The notes beneath the pieces are model-generated. The model was given only the letters and a program-made list of their open reading frames with translations, did no database searches and was not told the origin of the DNA. From Dehalococcoidia bacterium (GTDB taxonomy: Bacteria > Chloroflexota > Dehalococcoidia > GIF9 > UBA5629), in contig JBEKIW010000003.1 in the NCBI GenBank assembly GCA_050011565.1, forward strand, positions 28,137 to 92,136: 64,000 nt of DNA, in the 5' to 3' direction. Below are positions 37,657 to 50,199 of this stretch, in pieces (position 1 is the stretch's first letter; the number at the start of each line of letters is the position of its first letter). The position numbers and the translations under genes are program-made.

Positions 37657-40600
37657 CTACGGTACGGTTTCAGTAGCTACCGGGGACTCCGCCTCAGGCA
37701 ATAGTCCGGTTTCAGTAGCTACCGGAGCCTCCATCCCCAGAGGTGCCGGTTCACCTGCCCCGAGCTCCTCAGCCGCAGGCAAATCTTGATATGGAATAAG
37801 CTTACCAATGATTACGTTTTCCTTAAGCCCGAGGAGTTTGTCTGTCCTGCCCCAAATTGAGGCTTCGGTCAGTACTCTTGTAGTCTCCTGGAACGAAGCA
37901 GCGGCCAACCAGCTGCCTGTATTTAACGAACCCCGGGTAATCCCGAGAAGTACTGTTTGAGCCGTAGCCGGTTCTCCACCTTCAGCCAAAACCTTAGCAT
38001 TTATGCTCTCATACTCGAAGCGGTCGACCAGGTCACCGGAAAGAAGCTCAGTGTCACCCGGTGATTCGACACGGACTCGCCTGAGCATCTGGCGGGCAAT
38101 GATTTCAATGTGTTTATCATTAATGTTCACGCCCTGCGAGCGGTAGACTTTCTGTACCTCTTCAACTAAATACTGCTGCACAGCCTCTCTACCCATGATG
38201 CGCAGAATATCCTGAGGATCAACGGCACCATCGATTAACTGGTCTCCGGCTTTCACTCTGTCTCCGTTCTTAATGCGTATGTGGCCTCCAGATGGAATTA
38301 TGTACTCACGCTCTTCGACCTCTTCATATTTAATGTAGAGATGCCCGTCCTCAATAACTACATTGCCAGCAACTCTAGCTATCATGGGATGCTCTTCCTT
38401 CACCACCAGCTTCTTGCTTCGAGACCGCTTCTTAGGGGCGGCTACAGTAGCTAGTATCGTTCCCGCTTCAACCAATTGGCCGTTACTGACAACTATTTCC
38501 GAGCCCGATGGCAACATATACTCATCCAGATATGACTCGGAACTGGTAATTCTTATTTTTCGCACATCTTGAGTCTCACTTACATCGGCAATGCCATCTA
38601 TTTCAGAAAGTACCGCAAGCCCTTTGGGTACCCTGGCTTCAAACAATTCCTCTACCCTTGGCAAACCACTGGTGATATCAGCCCCAACCACACCTCCGGT
38701 ATGGAAGGTGCGCAACGTAAGCTGAGTGCCAGGCTCGCCAATACTTTGTGCGGCAATAATGCCTACAGCCGTGCCATTTTCTACCAGCCCTCTTCGGCCA
38801 AGGTCACGTCCATAACAGTTTCTGCAGATACCGCGACGGGAATGGCAAGTAAGCGGCGACCTCACAAACGCCTGAGTGATACCGGCGTCTTTAATTCGGG
38901 CTGCTTTTTCCTCATCAATTTCCTCATTTGTATGGACAATTATCTCCCCGGTTTTCGGGTCAGCGATGTCGGCAGCCGCCAGACGTCCCAGCAATCGCTC
39001 ATCAAGAGACGCCAACAACCCTTTCTCCTCCGTCTCAAACAGCCAGATACCCTCTTCGGTACCGCAGTCCTCTTCAAATACAATCAAGTCCTGGGCAACA
39101 TCAATAAGACGCCGGGTAAGATAACCGGCATCTGAAGTCCTTAAAGCTGTGTCAGCCAGTCCTTTTCGAGCTCCGTGGGTGGATATGAAATATTCCATTA
39201 CCGAGAGCCCTTCACGGAAACTTGCCTTGATAGGGTATTCGATTATTCTCCCTGACGGGTCGGTCATCAATCCTCGCATGCCGGCCATTTGCCTTATCTG
39301 GGAAATATTACCTTTCGCACCCGAGGTCGCCATCATATAGACGCCGCCATAGCGGTCCAATGATTGCGAAATCGTTTCCGTGATTTTATCGGTAGTCTCT
39401 GTCCAGACCTCGATGGCACTGCTATAACGTTCGTCCTCAGTTATCAACCCCCGGTTAAACTGGCTTTCGATAACAGCTATTTTTTCATCGCCCTCTTCAA
39501 GCAGCTTTGCCTTATTGCGAGGCACCTCGATATCTTTAGCGGCGATGGTAGTACCCGACTTGGTAGCATATTCAAAGCCAAGCCGTTTGAGACTATCGAG
39601 CATTTCAACAGTAGGGGCACCACCTAATGAGCGGTAGCAGTCTGCCACCAAATTCTTCAGAGCAGCTTTGTCCATTACTTTATTTAAAAATCGAAATTCA
39701 GGAGGTAATACTTCATTGAACAAAATGCGGCCAACACTTGTCTTCAACTTCTGGCCGTCACCTGCCTCGCTCCTGACGTTTATTTCAGCGCCTAAGTTGA
39801 CTGCCCCTAGATCATAGGCAAGTTTAGCTTCTTCGAAATCGTAAAAAACCATCCCCTCACCCTTGGCACCGGGCCTGATATTGGTGAGATAATAGAGGCC
39901 CAGGACCATGTCCAGAGTCGGCGTCATTACCGGCTCTCCGCAACTGGGCAATAGCATGTTGTAGACACTGAGCATCTTCTCTCTGGCTTCTCTCACTGCA
40001 GCCCGGGCAAGTGGCACATGGACGGCCATCTGGTCTCCATCGAAGTCGGCATTGAAAGCAGTACATACCAGAGGATGAATCTGAATGGCACTGCCGTCAA
40101 TAAGTACCGGCTCAAAAGCCTGGACACTTAAGCGATGCAATGTAGGAGCCCGGTTAAGCAATACCGGCCGCTCCTTGACCACTTCCGCCAGAATATCCCA
40201 CACCTCGGGCCTCGCTTTTTCTACCTGTCTTCTGGCGCTCTTTATATTATGGGCAAAACCCTGCTCGATTAACCGGCGCATAACAAAAGGCTTGAACAAT
40301 TCCAAGGCCATGTGCTTGGGCAAACCACACTGGTGGAGTTTCAATTCGGGGCCAACAACGATGACTGAACGACCACTGTAATCCACTCGTTTGCCTAAAA
40401 GGTTCTGGCGGAAACGGCCTTGCTTACCTCTAAGCATGTCTGACAGTGATTTCAATTTATGAGCACCGCTAACCATGGGCGCCCGCCCTTTTCGCCCGCT
40501 GTCGATAAGCGCATCAACAGCTTCTTGAAGCATGCGCTTTTCGTTGCGGATAATTATCTCCGGAGCTCCTAAATCAATCAGTCGCCTCAGGCGATTATTG

Positions 40601-41610
40601 CGATTGATGACGCGACGGTAAAGGTCGTTTAGGTCACTGGTGGCAAATCTGCCTCCGTCCAGTTGGACGATGGGTCGAAGCTCGGGAGGCAATACCGGAA
40701 GCACAGTCAAAATCATCCATTCGGGCTTGTTACCGCTGCGCCAAAAGGCTTCAACCACTCGCAGTCGTTTGCTGGCCTTCTTGCGACGCTGACCCGAGCT
40801 GGAACGGACCTCTTCAATCAGGTCATGACGCAGTTTCTCAAGGTCAATGCCTTTGAGAACGTCCAGTATGGCTTCCGCCCCCATGCTAACTGTGAAAAAG
40901 TCGCCGAACTCTTGCCTTAATGCTTGATATTGGTTTTCAGCCAGAAGCCTTAACTCGCGGACATTCTCCAACTCCGAGATTCTATCGTGGTACTCGTTTT
41001 CAAGTTCAGCTCTTTTATCACCAACTTCGCGACGTAGTTGATTTATATTCTCAATAGCTTTCTGGTCTGGAGCTGACTCACCTTTTCCCTCTATCTTGGC
41101 AATGTTCTTCTCCAGTAGATGCTCTTGTTCCCCAACTAGCTGAGATAACCTCTCTTTGAGTCTTTTAATCTGCTCGTCACGAATTGAAGCATCGACTGTG
41201 GTAATAATATATTGTGCAAAATAAAGTACTCTTTCCAGGTTGCGAGGGGAAACATCAAGAAGCAATGCCAGACGGCTGGGCACTCCTTTGGCAAACCAAA
41301 TGTGGGCTACCGGAGCCGCTAATTCAATATGGCCCATACGCGTCCGGCGTACCCTAGAATGCTCCACCGTGACTCCGCATCTGTCACAGGTAACGCCACG
41401 ATAGCGTATTTTCTTATATTTACCGCAATAACATTCGTAATTCTTAGTTGGCCCGAAGATTCTTTCGCAGAATAGCCCGTCTTTTTCTGGCTTTAGAGTT
41501 CGATAATTTATCGTCTCCGGCTCATTTACCTCACCGTATGACCAGCTTTTAACCTGTTCTGGCGAAGCCAGCGAAATCCGGATGGCATTAAAATCATTAA
41601 CCTCAGTCAT
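37657..41610 (-). CDS. rpoC: DNA-directed RNA polymerase subunit beta'
   Basis: [12 protein letters not shown] catalytic motif and the zinc-binding CYCGKYK..CDRCGV. 1317 aa. Confidence 0.95.
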   Translation of the reverse strand: MTEVNDFNAIRISLASPEQVKSWSYGEVNEPETINYRTLKPEKDGLFCERIFGPTKNYECYCGKYKKIRYRGVTCDRCGVTVEHSRVRRTRMGHIELAAPVAHIWFAKGVPSRLALLLDVSPRNLERVLYFAQYIITTVDASIRDEQIKRLKERLSQLVGEQEHLLEKNIAKIEGKGESAPDQKAIENINQLRREVGDKRAELENEYHDRISELENVRELRLLAENQYQALRQEFGDFFTVSMGAEAILDVLKGIDLEKLRHDLIEEVRSSSGQRRKKASKRLRVVEAFWRSGNKPEWMILTVLPVLPPELRPIVQLDGGRFATSDLNDLYRRVINRNNRLRRLIDLGAPEIIIRNEKRMLQEAVDALIDSGRKGRAPMVSGAHKLKSLSDMLRGKQGRFRQNLLGKRVDYSGRSVIVVGPELKLHQCGLPKHMALELFKPFVMRRLIEQGFAHNIKSARRQVEKARPEVWDILAEVVKERPVLLNRAPTLHRLSVQAFEPVLIDGSAIQIHPLVCTAFNADFDGDQMAVHVPLARAAVREAREKMLSVYNMLLPSCGEPVMTPTLDMVLGLYYLTNIRPGAKGEGMVFYDFEEAKLAYDLGAVNLGAEINVRSEAGDGQKLKTSVGRILFNEVLPPEFRFLNKVMDKAALKNLVADCYRSLGGAPTVEMLDSLKRLGFEYATKSGTTIAAKDIEVPRNKAKLLEEGDEKIAVIESQFNRGLITEDERYSSAIEVWTETTDKITETISQSLDRYGGVYMMATSGAKGNISQIRQMAGMRGLMTDPSGRIIEYPIKASFREGLSVMEYFISTHGARKGLADTALRTSDAGYLTRRLIDVAQDLIVFEEDCGTEEGIWLFETEEKGLLASLDERLLGRLAAADIADPKTGEIIVHTNEEIDEEKAARIKDAGITQAFVRSPLTCHSRRGICRNCYGRDLGRRGLVENGTAVGIIAAQSIGEPGTQLTLRTFHTGGVVGADITSGLPRVEELFEARVPKGLAVLSEIDGIADVSETQDVRKIRITSSESYLDEYMLPSGSEIVVSNGQLVEAGTILATVAAPKKRSRSKKLVVKEEHPMIARVAGNVVIEDGHLYIKYEEVEEREYIIPSGGHIRIKNGDRVKAGDQLIDGAVDPQDILRIMGREAVQQYLVEEVQKVYRSQGVNINDKHIEIIARQMLRRVRVESPGDTELLSGDLVDRFEYESINAKVLAEGGEPATAQTVLLGITRGSLNTGSWLAAASFQETTRVLTEASIWGRTDKLLGLKENVIIGKLIPYQDLPAAEELGAGEPAPLGMEAPVATETGLLPEAESPVATETVP

Positions 41611-41619
41611 CTGTCTCCT

Positions 41620-44600
41620 TTAACTTAAACCTTTGAGCTTAGTCCCGATTTTCTTGCGCTCTTCGAGGAAACTTACCATTTCCTCCTCTTCGTTAAGTAG
41701 CTCAATCGCAAGACCTAAGCTACGCAATTCCATAAATAAAACCTTAAAGGACTCAGGAACACCCGGTTGGAATATATCCTCGCCTTTAACCAGCGACTCA
41801 TACGCCTTAGCCCTGCCGGCTACATCGTCCGACTTAACAGTGAGCAGTTCCTGAAGCGTGTGGCTGGCGCCATAGGCTTCCAATGCCCAAACCTCCATCT
41901 CACCGAACCGCTGGCCGCCAAACTGAGCCTTTCCGCCAAGGGGTTGCTGCGTGATTAGAGAATAAGGACCGGTAGACCGGGCATGTACTTTATCCTCGAC
42001 AAGATGAATAAGCTTCATCATGTAAATACTGCCTACTGTCACCGGCTGGTCGAATTGTTCGCCAGTTCGCCCATCACAAAGGATAACCTTACCGAACACC
42101 GGCGGTGATTGCTTCTGTTCGACATAAGCTTTTTCCACAAGCTCGGCCACTTGGTCATCTTTAAGACCATAAACTTTTACACCCAGTGTCTCAAGCCACA
42201 GGCGGAGACAAACTCTCTTCGCTTCGCCTGGATATCCATCATCAAATACTTTCGCCGCGTTGTAACCATTATCGGCGAGCCATGTCTTAGCCTGGTCAAG
42301 CTTAACAGAGGTAAGGTCATCTCGACCCAGCGGATTTATTGTTCCTGCCTGCTGGACTATCCATGCCCTAGCTAAAGCATCTTCAATATTAACATCATTA
42401 GCCCCGTCGAAAATCGGGTTTAGCACTTTAAGCCCCAGTGTTTCTGCAGCCCAACCTAAATGAGTCTCTAAGATTTGCCCGATATTCATGCGGGACGGGA
42501 CACCGATAGGATTTAGAATTATATCTACCGGCCTACCATCAGGCAGATAAGGCAGGTCTTCCTCGGGCAAGATACAGGAAATTACACCTTTATTACCATG
42601 CCGGCCAGCCATTTTGTCCCCTACGGAGATTTTTCTCTTCTGAGCCACCCATACCCGCACCAGAGAATGAACCCCCGCCGGTAAATCGCTATTATTATTA
42701 CGAGTAAAAATCTTAACTTCGATAACCTTCCCACACTCGCCATGTGGCACTCTTAAAGAGCTGTCTTTAACCTCGCGTGCCTTCTCACCAAAAATAGCTC
42801 GCAGCAATTTTTCTTCAGCAGTTAATTCTGTTTCACCTTTCGGACTGATTTTACCCACCAAAATGGAGCCCGGCCCAACTTCAGCACCCACTCGGATGAT
42901 ACCGGTCTCATCCAAATCGCGCAAACTCTCTTCGCCTACATTGGGTATGTCTCTGGTAATCTCCTCCGTGCCCAGTTTCGTCTCGCGGGCTTCTATTTCA
43001 TACTTCTCGATATGTATCGAGGTGAATCTATCATTCTTGACCAATCTGTCACTAATGATGATAGCATCCTCAAAGTTATATCCCCGCCAGCTCATGAAGG
43101 CGCACAGGATATTCTGCCCCAAGGCAAGCTCACCATGGTCTGTCGCTGAACCATCAGCGATAACTTGTCCCTTTTTGACTTTATCGCCTTTGGACACAAT
43201 GGCACGCTGATTGACACACGTCCCCTGATTAGTCCGAACGAATTTCATCAGCGGGTAGTCATGCTCATTCCCGTCCTCTTCGGCAATAGTGATTTGTTTA
43301 CTGTCCACCGCAACGACTTCACCGTCGTCCCTGGCAAAAACAACCTGCCCGCTGTATTTAGCCACTTCCTTTTCCATTCCCGTAGCTATCAATGGCGCTT
43401 CAGGACGAAGCAAAGGAACAGCCTGACGTTGCATGTTTGAGCCCATCAAGGCCCTGTTAGCATCATCATGCTCCAAGAAAGGTATCAGAGATGTGGTAAC
43501 GCTGAAAACCTGCTTCGGTGACACGTCCATGAAATCTATCTCATCTGCAGGCTCTTTGAGATACTTACCACCCCTTATAACCCCAATCCTATCTTCAACG
43601 AATTCGTTTCTCTGGTTAAGAAGAGCGTTGGCTTGAGCAATTGTATATCGCTCTTCCTCGTCAGCAGTCAGATATTCAATCTGGTCCGAAACAAAAGGAA
43701 CAACTTTTATATTGCGAGAGTGTAGAGAGGCTATCTTCTTGGCAATCTCTTTGGTGATTGGGTTTCTTTTGGAAATAATAACCTTACCGCCGGAGGTAGC
43801 TACATCCTCTAAAACAGTCCTATTAAGCAGGTTCTCAATAGTATTCGAAACCTCATGAATAACCTTGCGGTAGGGCGTCTGTATAAAGCCATAATCATTA
43901 ATTGATGCATAAGTAGCTAAAGACCCGATGAGACCGATATTCGGCCCTTCCGGAGTCTCAATAGGACAGATTTTTCCGTAGTGAGAATGATGAACGTCTC
44001 GAACATCAAATCCGGCACGCTCACGTGAGAGACCACCTGGTCCCATTGCTGAAAGGCGACGTTTATGAGTTAGTTCAGCCAGGGGATTTGTTTGGTCCAT
44101 GAATTGTGAGAGCTGTGAGCCTCCGAAAAACTCCCTCATAGCAGCCACCACAGGGCGGTTGTTAATTAAAGTAGACGGCACGGCAGCTTCCGGGCCAACA
44201 ATGCTCATACGTTCCTTAATCGTTCTCTCTAAACGCAGTATGCCAATTCGAAACTGGTTTTGTATGAGATGCCCCGCAGTCCGCACCCGCCGATTACGCA
44301 AGTGGTCGATATCATCCGGCTCTTCCCTTCCATTATTTATCTTGATAATGCGTCTCACTATTTCTATAAAATCTTCTTTGGTTAAACAGCGGCGGCTTTC
44401 ATCGATACTAAGACCGAGCCTCTGGTTGAGCTTATACCGTCCCACCCTGCCCAGGTCATAGCGCCTGGGATTAAAGAAAAGGTTATTCAGGAGATTCTGC
44501 GCATTGTCAACGGTGGGAGGTTCACCGGGGCGCAATCGTTTATAGATATCCACCAGAGCCTCTTGCTTGGTCTTGACGGAAGGCTCTCGCTCTATTGTAG

Positions 44601-45291
44601 TTTGTATAAAGTTATGCTCAGACGACGTTTCCACGTCCTGGAAATAACCAAGTAGTTCATTATCATTATCATAGCCGATGGCGCGTAGCAAAATCGCCAC
44701 GGGAATTTTCCTCTTGCCATCTACTTTAACAAATATCACATCCCTGTTGGACGTCTCAAACTCCAGCCAGGCACCGTGTTCAGGTATCAACTTTGCAGCG
44801 CATAACTCGCGACCGCTAGCCGCATCCTCCTGCAGGCTAAAATAGATACCCGGGGAACGAAGCAGTTGATTAACTACTACTCTTTCCGCACCGCTGATAA
44901 TAAAGGTGCCCTTATCGGTCATAAGCGGAAAATCTCCGAAAAATATCTCCTGCTCCGGAATCGGCTCCCGGGGTTCTTTGACTATCAACCTGGCTCTGAC
45001 ATAGAGCGGAGCTGCGTACGTCATATCACGCTGACGACATTGGTCTATGGTGTACTGAGGTTCGCGAAACTCATAGCCAACGAAGTGCAACTCTATCCGT
45101 GTACCGGTGAAGTCATGGATGGGGGAAACTTCTTCGAAAAGCTCCTTCAACCCCTCTTCCTGAAACCAACGAAAGGAATCAAGCTGGACCTTAATTAGAT
45201 TGGGAATCTCCAGGACTGTAGGTAGTTTAGCAAACGATACTCTCTGTTCCGAATCAGTGTTCTGTTTTTTAGACGCTAATGAAATAGACAT
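41620..45291 (-). CDS. rpoB: DNA-directed RNA polymerase subunit beta
   Basis: Conserved GRHGNKGV and [18 protein letters not shown] motifs. 1223 aa. Located 9 nt upstream of rpoC. Confidence 0.95.
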   Translation of the reverse strand: MSISLASKKQNTDSEQRVSFAKLPTVLEIPNLIKVQLDSFRWFQEEGLKELFEEVSPIHDFTGTRIELHFVGYEFREPQYTIDQCRQRDMTYAAPLYVRARLIVKEPREPIPEQEIFFGDFPLMTDKGTFIISGAERVVVNQLLRSPGIYFSLQEDAASGRELCAAKLIPEHGAWLEFETSNRDVIFVKVDGKRKIPVAILLRAIGYDNDNELLGYFQDVETSSEHNFIQTTIEREPSVKTKQEALVDIYKRLRPGEPPTVDNAQNLLNNLFFNPRRYDLGRVGRYKLNQRLGLSIDESRRCLTKEDFIEIVRRIIKINNGREEPDDIDHLRNRRVRTAGHLIQNQFRIGILRLERTIKERMSIVGPEAAVPSTLINNRPVVAAMREFFGGSQLSQFMDQTNPLAELTHKRRLSAMGPGGLSRERAGFDVRDVHHSHYGKICPIETPEGPNIGLIGSLATYASINDYGFIQTPYRKVIHEVSNTIENLLNRTVLEDVATSGGKVIISKRNPITKEIAKKIASLHSRNIKVVPFVSDQIEYLTADEEERYTIAQANALLNQRNEFVEDRIGVIRGGKYLKEPADEIDFMDVSPKQVFSVTTSLIPFLEHDDANRALMGSNMQRQAVPLLRPEAPLIATGMEKEVAKYSGQVVFARDDGEVVAVDSKQITIAEEDGNEHDYPLMKFVRTNQGTCVNQRAIVSKGDKVKKGQVIADGSATDHGELALGQNILCAFMSWRGYNFEDAIIISDRLVKNDRFTSIHIEKYEIEARETKLGTEEITRDIPNVGEESLRDLDETGIIRVGAEVGPGSILVGKISPKGETELTAEEKLLRAIFGEKAREVKDSSLRVPHGECGKVIEVKIFTRNNNSDLPAGVHSLVRVWVAQKRKISVGDKMAGRHGNKGVISCILPEEDLPYLPDGRPVDIILNPIGVPSRMNIGQILETHLGWAAETLGLKVLNPIFDGANDVNIEDALARAWIVQQAGTINPLGRDDLTSVKLDQAKTWLADNGYNAAKVFDDGYPGEAKRVCLRLWLETLGVKVYGLKDDQVAELVEKAYVEQKQSPPVFGKVILCDGRTGEQFDQPVTVGSIYMMKLIHLVEDKVHARSTGPYSLITQQPLGGKAQFGGQRFGEMEVWALEAYGASHTLQELLTVKSDDVAGRAKAYESLVKGEDIFQPGVPESFKVLFMELRSLGLAIELLNEEEEMVSFLEERKKIGTKLKGLS

Positions 45292-45426
45292 AACTCTCCC
45301 ATCAGAAAATTAAGACACATGTCTCAACAGTGGTTCTTTAACCAAGCGTTAGATTGTAATTAAGAGTAGTAATGGGGAAAAGAATTACTAAGAAGTCAAT
45401 ACGGCATTTCAATGCAGTAAACATAC

Positions 45427-45455
45427 AGTTTACTACTATTTCTTATTTTTGTCAA
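45427..45455 (-). promoter_or_regulatory. candidate rpoB promoter
   Basis: The minus strand reads TTGACA-aaaataagaaatagtag(17)-TAAACT, about 135 nt upstream of the rpoB ATG. Confidence 0.3.
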
Positions 45456-45589
45456 GGGGTTTTAAACATTTCTAACTAAAAATTAGAAATATTTTCTGTT
45501 AAAAACCTACCGGCCAAATTGCTTTAGCTTCAAATATCGACTACAATTAGCGACGCTGGATAAGCTTTAATGGAGGCTAAATAAGTATA

Positions 45590-46447
45590 ATGGATAAAGA
45601 TGGATTCGACAAATTTAAAGGCTCGCCAGATTACGTTACTTCCGAAGCTCTAAGAAATGCGGTTAACGTAGCCGTTGCCTTGAAGAGGCCTTTATTAGTT
45701 AGAGGCGAACCTGGAACAGGAAAAACACTCCTGTCCCATAGCGTCGCTAAAGGTCTGGGCAAGAAGTTAATCGTCTGGAACATAAAATCAACTACCAAAG
45801 CCCAGGAAGGCCTGTATGTTTATGATACTGTCCAAAGGCTAAACGACAGCCGCTTTGGTGATAAAAATATTTCCGATATTAGTCAATATATAAAGCTGGG
45901 TAAATTGGGAGAGGCCTTTGCCTCCAAGGAAGAGCTTGTGCTCCTCATTGATGAGGTAGATAAAGCCGACCTCGAATTTCCCAATGACCTCCTCAACGAG
46001 CTCGATGAGATGAGCTTCTATATCCCGGAAACAGGTGAGACAATTGTGGCGGCACATAGACCCATAGTAATCATAACCAGTAACGCCGAGAAGGAACTCC
46101 CCGATGCCTTTCTAAGACGCTGCATATTCCACTACATTGAATTCCCGGACCCTAATCTAATGGAGGAAATCGTAAGAGTGCATTTCCCCGACATCAGGAA
46201 TAATTTACTTAGTCAGGCTTTGGCAACATTTTATTCACTGAGAAAAATCGATGATTTTCGTAAAAAACCTTCGACAAGCGAACTCATAGATTGGATTCGC
46301 GTTCTTATAGCCAGCAGCACGCCGGATAAGGTGATAGCCAACGAGATTCCTTTCGCCGGCACTCTGTTGAAGAAAGAAACTGATTATGCTTACTTTGTAA
46401 ATACCTTTACGAAGAAAAAACAGACCACAAAGACTCCAGACAACTAG
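45590..46447 (+). CDS. MoxR-like AAA+ ATPase (AAA_5 type)
   Basis: Walker A GEPGTGKT and Walker B LLIDEVDKA. Confidence 0.85.
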   Translation: MDKDGFDKFKGSPDYVTSEALRNAVNVAVALKRPLLVRGEPGTGKTLLSHSVAKGLGKKLIVWNIKSTTKAQEGLYVYDTVQRLNDSRFGDKNISDISQYIKLGKLGEAFASKEELVLLIDEVDKADLEFPNDLLNELDEMSFYIPETGETIVAAHRPIVIITSNAEKELPDAFLRRCIFHYIEFPDPNLMEEIVRVHFPDIRNNLLSQALATFYSLRKIDDFRKKPSTSELIDWIRVLIASSTPDKVIANEIPFAGTLLKKETDYAYFVNTFTKKKQTTKTPDN

Positions 46448-46477
46448 GATTCAATTCGCTGACAGGCGGTCACCTGC

Positions 46478-47647
46478 ATGTTCACCAGCTTTTTTTACAC
46501 ACTAAGAGAAAGAAAAGTACCGGTTTCAATCACGGAGTGGATGACCCTCATGGAGGCTCTATCCAGAGGTTATATTTCCAGTCTGAACGATTTCTATTAT
46601 CTCGCACGAGCTATACTGGTCAAAAGCGAGGCTTACTTCGACCACTATGATGTTGCCTTCCAGGAGTATTTCAAAGGCATCAAAGGCCCGCTGGAAATCT
46701 CAGAGGAAATTCTCAACTGGCTCAGGGACCCTTTCAACAGGCTTCTCTTAACCGAAGAGGAGAGGGCATTGCTGGATAGAATGGATTTGGATGAATTACT
46801 TGAGGAGCTTGAGAAAAGACTTCGCGAACAGACAGAGCAACATGATGGAGGCGGCTACTGGATTGGCAGAGCGGGCACCTCACCTTTCGGACATTCCGGA
46901 CAGCATCCCTCAGGTTTCAGGATTGGCGGCGGAGGTGGCGGCAGAAGTGCTATTCAAATCGCTGAGCAAAGGCAATTCCGTAACTACCGCCATGATGTCA
47001 CGCTCGACATCCGCCAAATCGAAGTCGCCTTAAAAGGGCTGCGTCAATTCAATCGCACAGGACCGGAGGACGAGCTAGATTTGGACAAGACCATCGATGC
47101 TACCGCCAAGAACGCCGGTGACATAGAGATGATCTGGAGAAGAAGCAGAAAGAACAAGGTTAAACTGCTTCTTCTTATGGATGTCGGAGGCTCGATGGAC
47201 CCTTTCGCGCATTTATGCAGCCTGCTCTTCTCGGCGGCACATCGAAGTACGCACTTCAAGGATTTTCAATATTACTACTTCCACAACTGCGTCTATGACT
47301 ATGTTTATAAAGACATTGAGCGCCGGGAAGCAATAACTATTGACCACTTGCTGCAGAATATGGAGCCGGATTACAAGCTGATATTGGTGGGAGATGCCTG
47401 GATGGCACCATCGGAGCTAAACAGCGTTTACGGGGCCATCTATTATTATGAACGAAATCGTAAGCCAGGAATAGTCCGGTTTAAACAAATCGCTGACCAT
47501 TTCAGCCACTGCGTCTGGCTTAACCCTGAATCAACAACTTACTGGAACGAGCCTACCGTTATGATGGTTAGAAAAATCTTCCCCATGTTTGAGCTGACCA
47601 TCGAAGGTCTTCAGCAAGCCGTTAAAAAGTTAATAGTTAAGCGCTGA
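46478..47647 (+). CDS. VWA domain-containing CoxE-like protein
   Basis: MIDAS-like LLLLMDVGGSMDP. Located 30 nt downstream of the MoxR ATPase gene, the usual pairing. Confidence 0.8.
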   Translation: MFTSFFYTLRERKVPVSITEWMTLMEALSRGYISSLNDFYYLARAILVKSEAYFDHYDVAFQEYFKGIKGPLEISEEILNWLRDPFNRLLLTEEERALLDRMDLDELLEELEKRLREQTEQHDGGGYWIGRAGTSPFGHSGQHPSGFRIGGGGGGRSAIQIAEQRQFRNYRHDVTLDIRQIEVALKGLRQFNRTGPEDELDLDKTIDATAKNAGDIEMIWRRSRKNKVKLLLLMDVGGSMDPFAHLCSLLFSAAHRSTHFKDFQYYYFHNCVYDYVYKDIERREAITIDHLLQNMEPDYKLILVGDAWMAPSELNSVYGAIYYYERNRKPGIVRFKQIADHFSHCVWLNPESTTYWNEPTVMMVRKIFPMFELTIEGLQQAVKKLIVKR

Positions 47648-47705
47648 TTGCCCCCGCTGCAGCATATTTATTAACAAAAACCTTCATTACAGGCCTTTTT
47701 CTTCT

Positions 47706-47733
47706 GTCATTGCGAGCGAAGCGTGGCAATCTC
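47706..47733. repeat. family C repeat module (single)
   Basis: gtcattgcgagcgaagcgtggcaatctc, compared with 31529-31563. Confidence 0.6.
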
Positions 47734-47818
47734 TCCAAGTTTGTTCCACCCACCAATATAACGGCGACCTTATGGTTCACCTGTAGACAATAGGTAAAGT
47801 TGCGGGTATAATCACCCC

Positions 47819-48337
47819 GTGTCTCGGCAGCCCAGACTCTTGATAACCCAGGGAAGAATCAATGAGGCTATAGCCAAGCTAGCTGCTGAAATCAGGCGAG
47901 ATTACCGGGGCAAGCAACCAGTTCTAATCGGTATACTTAAAGGTTCATTCGTTTTTATGGCTGACCTGGTCCGTGAGCTTGGCCTGCCTGTGGAGGTGGA
48001 CTTCGTTAAGCTTTCCAGCTACGGTGCAGGTACCAGAACTTCAGGCAAGGTAAAAGTGGTGCACGGACTAAAGTCCCCAATAAAAGGCAGAGACGTGTTG
48101 ATAGTAGAAGACATAGTTGATACCGGCCTGACCGTTTCTTTTCTAATGAGCTACTTACAGAATAAAAAGCCTGCCTCTTTAAAGCTCTGCGCCCTGGTTG
48201 ACAAGCCGTCACAACATAAAGTTCCGGTGACCATCGACTACGTCGGTTTCACCGTGCCCGATAAGTTTGTAGTAGGCTACGGCATCGACTGGAATGAAAA
48301 ATTTCGCCACCTTCGAGATATATGCATCATTGAGTAA
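47819..48337 (+). CDS. hpt: hypoxanthine phosphoribosyltransferase
   Basis: VLIVEDIVDTGLT PRPP-binding motif and GYGIDW. Confidence 0.9.
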   Translation: MSRQPRLLITQGRINEAIAKLAAEIRRDYRGKQPVLIGILKGSFVFMADLVRELGLPVEVDFVKLSSYGAGTRTSGKVKVVHGLKSPIKGRDVLIVEDIVDTGLTVSFLMSYLQNKKPASLKLCALVDKPSQHKVPVTIDYVGFTVPDKFVVGYGIDWNEKFRHLRDICIIE

Positions 48338-48433
48338 GCATATTTGCTCACATTGGGCCAAGAGGTTTTCACCTCGCATGCAACCACTTTAATAGATAGA
48401 ATTAGAATGTTATTTGCATCGGAGTAACAGAAT

Positions 48434-50140
48434 ATGAGTTTATCTAAACTGATTTCAGTTGCCCGCGGAGACGCGCCAGCAGACGTGCTGCTCAAGAACG
48501 CCAAAATAATAAATACTTTCGTCGGCATAATAGAAGAGGGCAACGTGGCTATCTACGGCGACAGAATTGCTGGAATCGGTAACTATGTTAAAGCTAAAGA
48601 GACGATAGATATAAAGGGTGGCTATCTGGCTCCGGGGCTAATTGACGGCCACACTCATATAGAAAGCTCAATGCTCCATCCTGCCCATTACGCGCACGCC
48701 GTAGTTCCCAGAGGGATTTCTACGGTAGTCACGGACCTGCACGAAATAACCAACGTAGCTGGATTTGACGGTATTAAATTTGTAATGGACTGGGCAAAGA
48801 AGCTGCCTGTGGACATATTCCTAATGGCACCCTCATGTGTACCGGCAACACATATGGAAACTAGCGGCGCCGAAATAACCTCCGAAGGAATCAAAAAGGC
48901 TTTAAAAATGCAAAATGTCATCGGACTTGGCGAAATGATGAATTTCCCAGGCGTTATCCACAGTGACAGAGAGGTTCTAAAAAAGATATCTGCTGCCCAG
49001 GGTAAAGTCATTGACGGACATACACCTGACGTGACCAATAAACATTTGAATGCCTATATAGCCGCCGGCATCTACTCAGACCACGAATCAACTGCTACAG
49101 AAGAAGGCAGAGAAAAGCTAAGGCGCGGAATGCACCTGATGATACGGGAAGGCTCTTCTGAGAAAAATCTGGACGCCCTATTACCCTTGGTTAACGACAA
49201 GACTTATAAGCGGTGTTTTTTCGTCGTCGATGACCGCAGTTGTTCTGATTTACTTCGCGACGGCGACGTAGATGATGTTGTCAGAAAAGCAATTCAAAAA
49301 GGCCTCGAGCCTATAAGGGCCATACAAATGGCAACTCTAAATACCGCTGAATATTTCAGGCTGTACGACCGGGGAGGCATTGCTCCCGGCTACGTGGCTA
49401 ACCTGATGACCTTTGCCGACCTGCCACAACTGAATGCAGATATGGTCTTCTATAAAGGCCGCCTGGTAGCTAAAAAGGGCAAATACCTCGGACCCGTGTT
49501 AAAAACCTCGGCTGTTGAGCTAGCCGATACGGTCCGCATCAAGCCTTTCGATACAGAAGCGCTGAAATTAACCGCCAGCGGGAGAAGTCTTCCGGTTATC
49601 GAAATCATCCCCGGCCAGATACTGACCAAGAAAAGAATCGAGAGAATGAAAATCAAAGATGGCGTGGTGACACCTGACCTGGATGAAGATGTATTGAAGC
49701 TGGTAGTTGTCGAGAGGCACAAGGCAAGTGGCCGTATTGGCTTGGGGCTGGTTAAAGGATTCGGCTTAAAACGAGGTGCGATAGCCTCTTCTATCGCCCA
49801 CGACTCACACAATATAGTGGCAGTCGGCACAAACGACCTGGATATTTTCAGGTCAATAAAAGAAATAGAAAGACTAAAAGGCGGGTTGGTGGTGTGTATA
49901 GATGGCAAAATAGCGGCAGCTTTGCCTCTACCTATCGCCGGTCTACTTTCACCGGAGCCTTTGGAAGCTGTGGTGAAAAAATTTAACAATGTCGAAAAAA
50001 CAGCGTCTACGCTTGGAAATGTCCCGCCGGCTGTGTTTGCGCTTCTTTCTTTCACAGCTTTGCCTGTAATACCTGAACTTAGATTAACCGATATGGGGCT
50101 GGTAGACGTAATAGAATTCAAGTTGATTAACACCTCGTGA
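48434..50140 (+). CDS. ade: adenine deaminase
   Basis: APGLIDGHTHIESS motif. 568 aa with the two-domain Ade architecture. Confidence 0.88.
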   Translation: MSLSKLISVARGDAPADVLLKNAKIINTFVGIIEEGNVAIYGDRIAGIGNYVKAKETIDIKGGYLAPGLIDGHTHIESSMLHPAHYAHAVVPRGISTVVTDLHEITNVAGFDGIKFVMDWAKKLPVDIFLMAPSCVPATHMETSGAEITSEGIKKALKMQNVIGLGEMMNFPGVIHSDREVLKKISAAQGKVIDGHTPDVTNKHLNAYIAAGIYSDHESTATEEGREKLRRGMHLMIREGSSEKNLDALLPLVNDKTYKRCFFVVDDRSCSDLLRDGDVDDVVRKAIQKGLEPIRAIQMATLNTAEYFRLYDRGGIAPGYVANLMTFADLPQLNADMVFYKGRLVAKKGKYLGPVLKTSAVELADTVRIKPFDTEALKLTASGRSLPVIEIIPGQILTKKRIERMKIKDGVVTPDLDEDVLKLVVVERHKASGRIGLGLVKGFGLKRGAIASSIAHDSHNIVAVGTNDLDIFRSIKEIERLKGGLVVCIDGKIAAALPLPIAGLLSPEPLEAVVKKFNNVEKTASTLGNVPPAVFALLSFTALPVIPELRLTDMGLVDVIEFKLINTS

Positions 50141-50199
50141 AAATCCGTAGCCATTTCATGAGTTTCGGGCTAACTTTTAAAATAACGGAGGTGCAGGCA

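Noticed and set aside
37660-37730. A 42-nt tandem duplication at the rpoC 3' end, encoding PVATET twice
   Set aside because: It is real but a minor low-complexity tail duplication with no obvious functional implication.
47648-48433. Purine riboswitch searched for upstream of hpt and the adenine deaminase gene
   Set aside because: Neither leader contains the conserved purine-aptamer junction or loop sequences as I recall them.
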